Of a stretch of 64,000 bases of DNA, positions 1-7,966 are shown in pieces. A program made the position numbers and the translations under genes. The number at the start of each line of letters is the position of its first letter. Position 1 is the stretch's first letter. Source of the stretch: a virus; the IMG/VR virus record IMGVR_UViG_3300048924_000586, positions 5,776 to 69,775 of that record; one strand, 5' to 3'. The notes under the pieces were generated by a model that did no database searches, was not told the DNA's origin, and worked only from the letters and a program-made list of their open reading frames with translations.

Positions 1-843
1 CCGCGTCAGGAACCCTTCACCACCAATATCAGCCACTACGAAGCGATCGATAAGATCGTCGAGTTCTATCGCCTCCGGCAAGATATGATCCGCGCGAGAA
101 CGAAACTCATTCTGCAGGCTCAAGCCTCCCTTCGGCGGTTGTTCAATGGCGACAAGGAATTGGCGGCGAAGAGCTTTGCGGAAGCAGCAAAGGAGACCGA
201 CCATTACCTCCGTCCGATGCTCTCGCCATATTTGACCGCCCTCGACGTTTTCGACAGGCAGCAGTCAGATTACGAAAAGCAGTTGGTGAAGGCTGTCAAG
301 GTGCTGCCGATCTATACGTGGGCAAAGGAATTGAAGGGTCTCGGCGATCTTTCACTGGCCTGTATCATCGGCGAGGCTAGTGGTTACGGTAAAGAGAGCG
401 GCGATTTTTATTCGGTTGGCGATTTCAAATCTGTATCAGCGCTCTGGAAGCGCATGGGTCTTGCGGTGATGAACGGCCACCGCCAGGGCGCGCCCGGCAA
501 GGGCGCGACCGCAGAAGACTGGATCGTCGAGGGCTACAGCAAGACGCGGCGCTCGGTCATGTGGAACGTCGGTAACTCCCTGATCCTGTCCATGGGCAAA
601 TTCCGGCCGATGTACGGCGAGGATATCCGCGCTAACCCTGCGTACACTGAACTGCAGTGCGTGTTCGCCGAACGGGCTCGATACGAAGCCGAGCGCCTGC
701 CTCACAAGTGCGGCACACCTATCAAGGAAAGCGCGACCGGCAAGGACAGCTATACGCTCCACGCAGCGAACCGCGCAAAGCGGTACACCGAGAAGCGCCT
801 GCTACGTATGCTGTTCGCTGAGTGGCGCCGGTGCATGGGCTAG
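1..843 (+). CDS. IS110/Nop-domain family protein (Tas-like), 5' end probably outside the window
   Basis: Frame is open from base 1; coiled coil YRLRQDMIRARTKL, HhH-like LKGLGDLSLACIIGE, GDFKSVSALWKRMGL, C-terminal HAANRAKRYTEKRLLRMLFAEWR. Confidence 0.7.
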   Translation, partial: PRQEPFTTNISHYEAIDKIVEFYRLRQDMIRARTKLILQAQASLRRLFNGDKELAAKSFAEAAKETDHYLRPMLSPYLTALDVFDRQQSDYEKQLVKAVKVLPIYTWAKELKGLGDLSLACIIGEASGYGKESGDFYSVGDFKSVSALWKRMGLAVMNGHRQGAPGKGATAEDWIVEGYSKTRRSVMWNVGNSLILSMGKFRPMYGEDIRANPAYTELQCVFAERARYEAERLPHKCGTPIKESATGKDSYTLHAANRAKRYTEKRLLRMLFAEWRRCMG

Positions 844-1625
844 AGGGCAAGCTGCAGCCAGTAATAGTAGCCGTCGCTGCGCTCTTCGATTGTGAAGGTT
901 GCTGGGAAGGCTGCGCCATTATTTGTAATAATGTCTGCGCGGCAGTTCGTCTTGCCGCCAGCCTTGCCCGTCTCTGAGATGTTCTTCACCTCTAACGCAG
1001 GCAGTTTAGCGAAGTTGACTGGAAGGTCGGGAAAAATCTCCTTCACCTTCTCAATCGAGGTGCTCGACGAGCAGCCTGGAGCGCCCAACCCGAGGTAGGG
1101 CATCGTGAAGCCGTTCTGCACGAAATAGGGAAGGAAGAGAGCCGCGAGCCAAACGACCAACGGTAGCTGGTTCTTCTGCAGACGACGGTTTCGGCCAAAA
1201 AGATATACCGGAACTAGGAAGCCAGTCCACACGCCAGAAAGCCGCCACGTGCGGCCGCTGGATCGGATCGAGTTTTCATCCTTACGGATCAGGAAGCAAT
1301 TGATGCCCAAGTAGGCGAGTGCAATCAAACCCCAGTGAGGATTGAGACCTTCCAAAAATGCAACTTCACCAAGGAATCCAAGAAGCGGAACCAGGGCCAG
1401 CACCCAAAGCCAAAACTCGTTGATCTGTGCGACGGGCAACGGAGGCGGGGTGTCCGATCCATACAGGTCGGACACTTCGGAAAATTTTCGCCAGTCGGCT
1501 CCAAACGAGCCATTCCAAACGAGCGTGTCGGGGGAAATCTTCCCCCGCTGAAACATGAATTTCAATTCGTCGGTGGTGACGGGTCCAATTTTCCCGCCGT
1601 TGTCGCTGTAATGCCAGTCCGTCAT
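840..1625 (-). CDS. GYF_2/DUF4339-domain membrane protein (lysogeny moron, possible exclusion function)
   Basis: WHY..GGKIGPV...ISPDTLVW..F.ADW N-terminal motif followed by about 4 hydrophobic segments. Confidence 0.75.
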   Translation of the reverse strand: MTDWHYSDNGGKIGPVTTDELKFMFQRGKISPDTLVWNGSFGADWRKFSEVSDLYGSDTPPPLPVAQINEFWLWVLALVPLLGFLGEVAFLEGLNPHWGLIALAYLGINCFLIRKDENSIRSSGRTWRLSGVWTGFLVPVYLFGRNRRLQKNQLPLVVWLAALFLPYFVQNGFTMPYLGLGAPGCSSSTSIEKVKEIFPDLPVNFAKLPALEVKNISETGKAGGKTNCRADIITNNGAAFPATFTIEERSDGYYYWLQLAL

Positions 1626-1714
1626 CAGTCACCCCTAAAGCCCATGAGGAGCATAGCACGGCTGATGTAATCTGGAAGTTGCAGCAGTGACACGCTGACA
1701 GAAAAGAATGCTTG

Positions 1715-1849
1715 CAGACGGCAAGTCGACCCTGAGGCCGACACCACTCGCTTAGCGACTTGCGTCTGAAGATCGTACTAGACCGAGGAGGAGACCTGCT
1801 TCGTGGGCGTGGTTTTACTCAAGGTCGTTCCATATCGACACCACATCGA
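1715..1849 (+). other. Intergenic structured-RNA candidate (three hairpins)
   Basis: Stems 1715-1768, 1781-1826 (several G-U pairs on +) and 1835-1849 (loop CACCACA). Confidence 0.35.
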
Positions 1850-1869
1850 CAGAAGGCTTTGAGCATATT

Positions 1870-1885
1870 TTGGCAAATTTGTCAA
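1870..1885 (-). promoter_or_regulatory. Putative repressor operator overlapping a leftward TTGACA -35
   Basis: TTGACAAATTTGCCAA on minus strand, variant of the palindrome at 2501, 12433 and 54832. Confidence 0.6.
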
Positions 1886-1893
1886 CAATCACA

Positions 1894-2499
1894 TCAGACT
1901 CGCTCTGCGAGGACGATCACGTGGACAGCCGTGAGGTCGCCGACGGTAAGAGGTTCGCCGGAATATCGGCTGAGCCGGGCCGTTTCTCCGAGCTCCTCAA
2001 GCCGACCTATCCAAGCTACGCCACCGCGACTGTGGGCAATTACGTCGTTGCCCGGCTGTGGCCAGATCGTGGGGTCGAGCCATATCTTGCAGCCAACCTT
2101 GTAGACCGGCTCCATGAGCTTTGTGTCTACGATAACGGCATAGCGGCCATCAGGGACAGCTTTGCGCGTCGAATCAAATTTGAATTTTCCGCCTTTGCGG
2201 TCGGATACCCGGCCATATGTACTGGCCTTGGCGTACGCCGTAAGGGGCGCGATCTTGCCGCCTGCCACAGCATCGCGCGCCTCTTCAACGAGATCTGCGA
2301 GATTGATCTCGGAGATTCCGAGGAAGGTCGCGAGGTTTGGCCGGGGCAGGCGAGGCAGGCTGCCACGCTTCCAGGTGCTGAAAGTTTGCTGCTGTTCATT
2401 GAGTTCGATCGCGGTTTCGCGGTCGGTCAAATCGCGCTCTCTTTGCTTGTCGACAAGCATCTGCGCGAAGCGGGATTTCTTCTCAGGCATTCCGTTCAC
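1894..2499 (-). CDS. CI-like phage repressor (HTH plus degenerate S24-like C-terminal domain)
   Basis: N-terminal HTH (LTDRETAIELNEQQQTFSTWKRGSLP); C-terminal YAVIVDTKLMEP..GCKIWLDP; divergent from the early operon. Confidence 0.85.
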   Translation of the reverse strand: MNGMPEKKSRFAQMLVDKQRERDLTDRETAIELNEQQQTFSTWKRGSLPRLPRPNLATFLGISEINLADLVEEARDAVAGGKIAPLTAYAKASTYGRVSDRKGGKFKFDSTRKAVPDGRYAVIVDTKLMEPVYKVGCKIWLDPTIWPQPGNDVIAHSRGGVAWIGRLEELGETARLSRYSGEPLTVGDLTAVHVIVLAERV

Positions 2500-2500
2500 C

Positions 2501-2546
2501 TTGACAAATTTGTAAAATAATTATAGGGTGCAAACGTAAATTTCAA
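2501..2546. promoter_or_regulatory. Immunity switch: operator TTGACAAATTTGTAAA over the rightward promoter, with an overlapping leftward promoter
   Basis: TTGACA(2501)-17-TAGGGT on +; TTGAAA-15-TATAAT on minus; near-perfect palindrome 2501-2516. Confidence 0.75.
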
Positions 2547-2597
2547 GTATCCGCAGTCAACCAACCTGCGGGGCTTCTTCACCACAAGAGGAGAGAC

Positions 2598-2906
2598 ATG
2601 ACTAAAATCACCAGCGATCAGCTGGCGAAAATGCACGACCGTCGCCTGAGAGGCGAAAGCTGTGCCGATATCGCCAGATCCTTCGGTCTCAACGAGATGA
2701 CCGTCTACCAGCGTCTTCGTCGCGAGTTCGGCCTCGACGTCTATAAGTTTCCTCCGCCTGTTGCTGCTAACGACAACGTGCCAGGCCGAGTTCGCAAGAT
2801 GACGGCGCACAACGGCGGTTGCTCTACGCTGAGCGGCAAGATGCCGGTGACGCTTGTTCGCATCCCGACCATTGACGGTCCGGCACCAGCGCAGGTGGCA
2901 GCATGA
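2598..2906 (+). CDS. HTH DNA-binding protein in the Cro position
   Basis: GESCADIARSFGLNEMTVYQRL HTH; strong RBS; contains AANDN, ends VAA. Confidence 0.75.
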   Translation: MTKITSDQLAKMHDRRLRGESCADIARSFGLNEMTVYQRLRREFGLDVYKFPPPVAANDNVPGRVRKMTAHNGGCSTLSGKMPVTLVRIPTIDGPAPAQVAA

Positions 2907-3190
2907 GTGGCGCCTGCGATTGCGATGAATTCCACCTCGGCGACTGGGTCGAGTGCAAGCTGAATACCGATCTTTTCGGTATCGTCGTCGGCGACGCTGA
3001 TTTCGGCCGCTACGTGAACGTTCAGTTGGCCGGCTCACTCGGAACGATGCCCTTCCATGCCGTTACCCTCCGCCACATCGAGCCAAAGACCCCACCGGCG
3101 GCGGAAGACGACGACACCAACGTCGTCCACGTGGACTTCACTAAGCCACGTTCCCTGGATGCCACCACCACCACAGAAGGAGCTGCTTGA
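2903..3190 (+). CDS. Hypothetical phage protein
   Basis: ATGA-coupled to the upstream gene; ends GAA. Confidence 0.7.
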   Translation: MSGACDCDEFHLGDWVECKLNTDLFGIVVGDADFGRYVNVQLAGSLGTMPFHAVTLRHIEPKTPPAAEDDDTNVVHVDFTKPRSLDATTTTEGAA

Positions 3191-4344
3191 TGGGGAAGTT
3201 TGAAAAAGGTCAGTACGTGAGAGTGCTGCACACCGATTATGCTGAGGTTCTCGCCGTCGGCGACACTTTCAAGGTCGGCGAGGCCTATGGTCACGGCGCT
3301 GAGCCCGAGGGCGAGAACAAAGATCTGTTTTTCCTCAACCACGAACTCGAGCAGTGGGTACCGAAAGTCGGCGAGCGGGTGACGGTCAGTGCATCTGACG
3401 TGCTGGCTCACTGGAATGCGTATTGGGCGGAGACCGCCGGCGTTCGTTTGAACAAAGACGACCTCGTCTATGTGACGCAGGTCACGCCAAACTACAGTGC
3501 CGGTAAGGCTGGAATCAAGATTGCGGTGAAGGCTGGGGGAAAGGGTCCCATCTGGACGGTCGATCGGTTCAGCCCGGCTCTCGCCACCCTTACCATCGAA
3601 GCCGGCAAATTCTATAAGACGCGCGACGGCCGGAAGGTCGGGCCGGTGACGCACAACGGCTACGGTGTTTATGGGGCGCCCGGCTTCGGCGGCGCCAAAT
3701 GGTATGCAACTGGTCGCAGCTATTCGGATGAAAAGACGCTTCCCTCTGATCTCGTCGCCGAATGGGTCGACGAGCCGAAGGCCGGCAACGACAATGTCGG
3801 TATCGGGAGCCTGATCGGCAAGACAGTCACCGTCAAGATCGATAAGTCGAAGTTCAACGTCGGCGACCGTGTGAACAAAACGGACTGGCAGAGTTACAGC
3901 CCCAAAGGCTACGTCGTGACAAAGGTTGCGTCGGACGGGCTTTGGCTCGATCCCGGCAATGGAATGGCGCCGGTTCGCTACAAACTGCCAGACGACGAAT
4001 TCTGGCTGGTTCCGGCGAAGCCCGCCACCAAGCCCGCCATCGTCTGCCTCATCGAGAACGGCCAGCCCAAGCCATCCGATCGCCCGCACATCCATGCCGA
4101 CGAAGCCAAGGCCGGCAAGGAAGCCGCGCGTCTCGCGGGCGTCTATAAGGGCAAGGAGTTTGGCGTCTTCGTGCTGACCTCCAGCACGTCGCAGCCCGCG
4201 CCGGTCTACAAGCACGAATGGCAGCGCCAGGCCGCCGCCGGTAACAAGATCAGTGCGATCAAGGAACTGCGGGCCGCCAATGACCTGACGCTCAAGGGCG
4301 CCAAGGATGCCGTCGAGCACTGGCTCGACTTCATCGCCGCCTAA
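3190..4344 (+). CDS. Mosaic early protein with a C-terminal ribosomal L7/L12-CTD-like domain
   Basis: GNKISAIKELRAANDLTLKGAKDAVE resembles the L7/L12 KIxxIKxxR..LKxAK motif; ends IAA. Confidence 0.65.
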   Translation: MGKFEKGQYVRVLHTDYAEVLAVGDTFKVGEAYGHGAEPEGENKDLFFLNHELEQWVPKVGERVTVSASDVLAHWNAYWAETAGVRLNKDDLVYVTQVTPNYSAGKAGIKIAVKAGGKGPIWTVDRFSPALATLTIEAGKFYKTRDGRKVGPVTHNGYGVYGAPGFGGAKWYATGRSYSDEKTLPSDLVAEWVDEPKAGNDNVGIGSLIGKTVTVKIDKSKFNVGDRVNKTDWQSYSPKGYVVTKVASDGLWLDPGNGMAPVRYKLPDDEFWLVPAKPATKPAIVCLIENGQPKPSDRPHIHADEAKAGKEAARLAGVYKGKEFGVFVLTSSTSQPAPVYKHEWQRQAAAGNKISAIKELRAANDLTLKGAKDAVEHWLDFIAA

Positions 4345-4409
4345 ACCAACCCACCACCATCACCACAACAAGGCCGTGCGGCTCACCACCGCACGGCGAG
4401 AGGAGACCT

Positions 4410-4613
4410 ATGTCCAGACATCGCTCGACGACCAATCCCTACGCCACCAGTTTCACCCGCACGGGCAAGCTCAACATGACCAACCGCAAGCCGTACCGCA
4501 CCGCGGCTCAGCAAGCAGATGCCCGCGCCAACGCCGTCAAGGTGAACGGCACTTTCGTGTCGAACGCACCGGTCAGCTACCACCGCTCGCCGAAGAAGCA
4601 GGTGGCAGCATGA
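4410..4613 (+). CDS. Small basic hypothetical protein
   Basis: GAGAGGAG RBS after a hairpin leader; ends VAA. Confidence 0.7.
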   Translation: MSRHRSTTNPYATSFTRTGKLNMTNRKPYRTAAQQADARANAVKVNGTFVSNAPVSYHRSPKKQVAA

Positions 4614-4852
4614 GCAACGTTTTCAACAAGCTCGCCGCGCGCTAACACGCCAACGACACCAAGCTCGGCCTGCCTTCCACCGACCGCGCCCACTACGACC
4701 GCCGCAAGCACCTGATGTCGGTTTTGGCCGGTGGCAAAGGATGGCGCATCCTGGCAAAGGAGCCGGCTCGCCGGGCAGACGGCACTACGCGGGGTGAGCG
4801 CAAGCGTGCTCGTGCAGAGCAGGCCTTCGCCCATCTTCGGGTAGCAGCATGA
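4610..4852 (+). pseudogene. Small early gene interrupted by an in-frame TAA (4643-4645)
   Basis: MSNVFNKLAAR*HANDTKL...AHLRVAA; same frame, ATGA-coupled at both ends. Confidence 0.65.
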
Positions 4853-5028
4853 GCAAATCACCATGGGGCAGCCCGCCCATCACCGGCACGCCGCTCGACT
4901 ACGTGCCGATCCATGCAGAGGTCGGCAAAGGCATCGACATCCCTGACCGGCCTTCACGCATGCTCGGCTACGCCTTCGTCATAGGAGCGCTGATCATCGG
5001 CGTCCTGCTCGGCGCGGTGGCTGTCTGA
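4849..5028 (+). CDS. Small membrane protein (59 aa)
   Basis: ATGA-coupled; C-terminal hydrophobic helix; translated by hand. Confidence 0.6.
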   Translation: MSKSPWGSPPITGTPLDYVPIHAEVGKGIDIPDRPSRMLGYAFVIGALIIGVLLGAVAV

Positions 5029-5105
5029 TGTGGTCACCGTTTAGCTGGCTGCCGACGCTCTGCGTGCTCGCCGCCTTCGTCTTGATCGGCTGGATCATGA
5101 CCTAA
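5028..5105 (+). CDS. 25-aa hydrophobic peptide
   Basis: TGATG coupling; MWSPFSWLPTLCVLAAFVLIGWIMT. Confidence 0.45.
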   Translation: MWSPFSWLPTLCVLAAFVLIGWIMT

Positions 5106-5161
5106 CCCACCTGCGGCTGGCCACCACCAGCCGCAACCATCCCCACCACAGAGGAGACTAC

Positions 5162-5974
5162 ATGGCTATTTCATGGGATAAGCTTGAAGACACGTCCGAT
5201 ACCGATCCGCCGATCGTAACGCTCTATGGCGGCGCGAAGCTCGGCAAGACCACCCTCGCATCTGAGTTTCCGGCACCCTACTACTGCCGCACCGGTGAAG
5301 GCGAGAGACAGTCGGCCGGCGCACCGATGAAGTCGTTCGGTGTGTCCGAGACCTACCAGGACGTCATCGACCAGGCCGATTACCTCCTGCAGGCGGAGCA
5401 TGACCGCAGGACCTATGTACTCGACGCGCTCGACGGTCTGGAAATCATGATCCATGCCGAGGCGTGTGCACGCAACAACTGGCCGGATATCGAGGCACCC
5501 GGCTTCGGCAAGGGTTACGCTGCTGCGCAGGCCATCTGGCACGAGTTCATCAAGAAGATGCTCGAACTCAAGAAGGCCGGCTTCTACGTCATCTTGATTT
5601 CGCACGTGAAGGCGAAAACCGTGCCGGGTGTCACAACCGACAGCTACCCGCGGTACATGCTCAATCTGCGCGATGACGCCGGCAGTGCGATTTGCGATGC
5701 GTCCGACCTTATCGGTTTTCTGCATCAGCCGGTGTCGATCAAGAAGGAAGATCTGGGATTCAAGAAAACCGCTAATCGCGGGCAGGGCGGAGGCGACGTT
5801 TCCATTGCTGTGCAGGAGCGGCCGGGCTTCATCGCCGGCAACCGCTATCAGATCCCGAACCCGACCTTGTCATTCAAGATGGGGAAGGGTTTCGCTGCGC
5901 TGAACGCATTCTTCCCACCGCAGCCGGACATCGCCACCGAGGTGGTCGAAGAAGAGCAGGAGGAGGCGGCGTGA
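5162..5974 (+). CDS. AAA_24/Sak4-like recombination ATPase
   Basis: Walker A YGGAKLGKTT, Walker B YVLDALD, ISH motif, GFGKGY. Confidence 0.85.
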   Translation: MAISWDKLEDTSDTDPPIVTLYGGAKLGKTTLASEFPAPYYCRTGEGERQSAGAPMKSFGVSETYQDVIDQADYLLQAEHDRRTYVLDALDGLEIMIHAEACARNNWPDIEAPGFGKGYAAAQAIWHEFIKKMLELKKAGFYVILISHVKAKTVPGVTTDSYPRYMLNLRDDAGSAICDASDLIGFLHQPVSIKKEDLGFKKTANRGQGGGDVSIAVQERPGFIAGNRYQIPNPTLSFKMGKGFAALNAFFPPQPDIATEVVEEEQEEAA

Positions 5975-6114
5975 TCTCCGGCGGCAATTGGTTCGCTTGG
6001 TTCCCTGTGCTCGTCAGCACCTATCGCGGCAAGCGCATCGCATGGCTCGAAACTGTGCACCGCGAACGCGTCACCAGCCCATATGGCAGTGGGCCATTCC
6101 GCTACTACGCCTGA
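5971..6114 (+). CDS. Small hypothetical protein (47 aa)
   Basis: GTGA-coupled; WFAWFPV..AWLETV motif common in phage small proteins. Confidence 0.55.
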   Translation: MISGGNWFAWFPVLVSTYRGKRIAWLETVHRERVTSPYGSGPFRYYA

Positions 6115-6135
6115 CAACCAAGAGGAGATGCAACG

Positions 6136-6351
6136 ATGGCAATATTCAAATCGGACTCGCTCGACGGGATCCTGAACACTTTCAACAAGACGATCACGCG
6201 GCTCGACGCCTTCTCGGCAAAGCGCCAGCAGGACGCCGATGCCGCCGCAGCGCTCATCCAGCAGAAGCAGGACGAGCAGAAGGCCGCTCTCGCCGACGTC
6301 ACCAAGTCGGCCGCCGTTCGCTCTAAAATCAGCGACCTGATCGCCGCCTAA
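6136..6351 (+). CDS. Small coiled-coil protein
   Basis: AGAGGAG RBS; ends IAA. Confidence 0.75.
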   Translation: MAIFKSDSLDGILNTFNKTITRLDAFSAKRQQDADAAAALIQQKQDEQKAALADVTKSAAVRSKISDLIAA

Positions 6352-6378
6352 CACCACACCACCAGAAGGAGACTATGC

Positions 6379-7017
6379 ATGGCCAAGATTGGTTTCGAAT
6401 ACGAAGTCGATTTCGACAACACCGACAAGCAGGGCGGCGGCGGACTTCTGCCGAACATGTTCGCCCGCATTTGGGCTGAATCCATCGAGCTGAAGGAGAC
6501 CAATGACCAGAAGGGTCATCAGGCCGAAATCACGTTCGAGGTGCAGGAGCCGGAAGCATTCAAGGGTAAGAAGTTCTGGGCCTATTGGACGATCGTCCAC
6601 GCGGACGGCTTCAACTTCGGCCAGTACAAATACGGCAAGCCGATGTTCGACCGCCTGGCTCGCGCCGTCGAAGTCAACGTGACAGGCGACACAGACACCG
6701 ACGAGTTGCTGTTCAAGCCTTTCGTCGTCGAGATCGAGGTGCAGGAAGGCGGGCTGAAGAACGACGGAAGCGGCACCAGCTACAAGGACAAGAACCAGAT
6801 CGCGAAGTTCTTCTTCGAGGACGACGCAGCGAAAGAGCCCGTTCCGGAGCTCGGCCTGATCGGTGACGGCTCGGCAAGACGCCCGCCTTTCGGCAGCAAG
6901 GCCAAGGCACCGGCCAATGACAACCGTGCTCCTGCTGCGAACGACAACCGCTCGGCGGCCAGCGGGAAGCCCGCTGCAGCTGCTGGCGGCGCCAAAAAGA
7001 ACCCTTGGAGCAAGTAG
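6379..7017 (+). CDS. Phage ssDNA-binding protein (DUF669-like)
   Basis: Follows the Sak4-like ATPase; beta-rich core, YKDKNQI, low-complexity tail with two ANDN copies ending KKNPWSK. Confidence 0.7.
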   Translation: MAKIGFEYEVDFDNTDKQGGGGLLPNMFARIWAESIELKETNDQKGHQAEITFEVQEPEAFKGKKFWAYWTIVHADGFNFGQYKYGKPMFDRLARAVEVNVTGDTDTDELLFKPFVVEIEVQEGGLKNDGSGTSYKDKNQIAKFFFEDDAAKEPVPELGLIGDGSARRPPFGSKAKAPANDNRAPAANDNRSAASGKPAAAAGGAKKNPWSK

Positions 7018-7072
7018 CCACCACATCGCGGGCCGACTCATCAGCGGCTCGCAACACCACAGAGGAGAGACG

Positions 7073-7906
7073 ATGACCAACTACACGGCGGAAGCCGCGA
7101 AAATCAGAGAGAAGTGCGATCGTATCGACGGCGCATTCGTGGCAGGTGGCGCAGTTACCAGCGTCTTTACCGGCAAGGATATCAACGACATTGACGTCTA
7201 TTTCAAGAGCCGCGAGGCTTTCGAGTACGCGGTAGCGCAGGCGTATGACGAGGGCTGGTGGTGTGTTGCAGCCACCAAGCGAGCAGTGACGTTCAGCGAT
7301 CACGGCGGGGCGCCTGTTCAATTCATGCACTTCGACTTCTTCCCGACGGCGCAGGACATCTTTTCGGCCTTCGACTTTACCGTCGTCATGGGCGCGCTGG
7401 ATTTCGACACTGGCGAGTTCGTCTTTCACGATGATTTCCTGAAGCACAACTCGCAGCGCTTCCTGCGCTTCCATCCCGGCACGCGTTTCCCGCTCGCGTC
7501 GGCCACGCGAGTCCTGAAGTACCAGACGCGCGGCTACACCATCGGCAAGGGTGACATCCTTAAGATCGCACTCGCCAGCCGAAAGGTGAAGATCGATACG
7601 TGGGAGGAGCTGAGGGATCAGATTGGCGGCGCCTATGGCGAAAAGGTGGTTCTGGCCGGTGAACATCAAGAGTTCTCGGTGGATGCTGCGATTGAGGCTC
7701 TTTCCGTCGATGAGGACGGGAAGGAAAAGTTCATCGTGAACGACAACGAGGAGCAGCCGGGCTCGGCGCGCGGCCTCCACATGAAGATCGCCGCCCTCAA
7801 CGGTAAAGATTGGGGCGATCTCGACGAAGCCCGTTTCGATGACGACGGATATCCCGTTGGCTACGAGCCACCGGCGCGCAAATCGCCGTTCTCGTTTGCC
7901 GCCTAA
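7073..7906 (+). CDS. Pol-beta-superfamily nucleotidyltransferase-like protein
   Basis: FVAGGAV...INDIDVYF and FDFT motifs; ends FAA. Confidence 0.7.
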   Translation: MTNYTAEAAKIREKCDRIDGAFVAGGAVTSVFTGKDINDIDVYFKSREAFEYAVAQAYDEGWWCVAATKRAVTFSDHGGAPVQFMHFDFFPTAQDIFSAFDFTVVMGALDFDTGEFVFHDDFLKHNSQRFLRFHPGTRFPLASATRVLKYQTRGYTIGKGDILKIALASRKVKIDTWEELRDQIGGAYGEKVVLAGEHQEFSVDAAIEALSVDEDGKEKFIVNDNEEQPGSARGLHMKIAALNGKDWGDLDEARFDDDGYPVGYEPPARKSPFSFAA

Positions 7907-7966
7907 CCACCACCCCGCCGCACGGCGCACCACCGTGCGGCAACCACCACATCAGAGGAGATCACC

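Noticed and set aside
1-843. Active IS110 insertion sequence
   Set aside because: No DEDD domain visible, and the stop codon overlaps the convergent phage gene with no non-coding IS end; cannot be fully excluded because the 5' part is missing
5121-5135. CCACCAGC as the reverse complement of E. coli Chi (GCTGGTGG)
   Set aside because: Most family members do not match Chi, they are tied to RBS leaders and hairpins, and alphaproteobacteria generally use AddAB
3022-7933. Long minus-strand ORFs (3022-4320, 6713-7933) and similar ones (31684-32715; 62615-63499 on +)
   Set aside because: Shadow ORFs antisense to well-supported genes in GC-rich DNA, with no motifs or RBS
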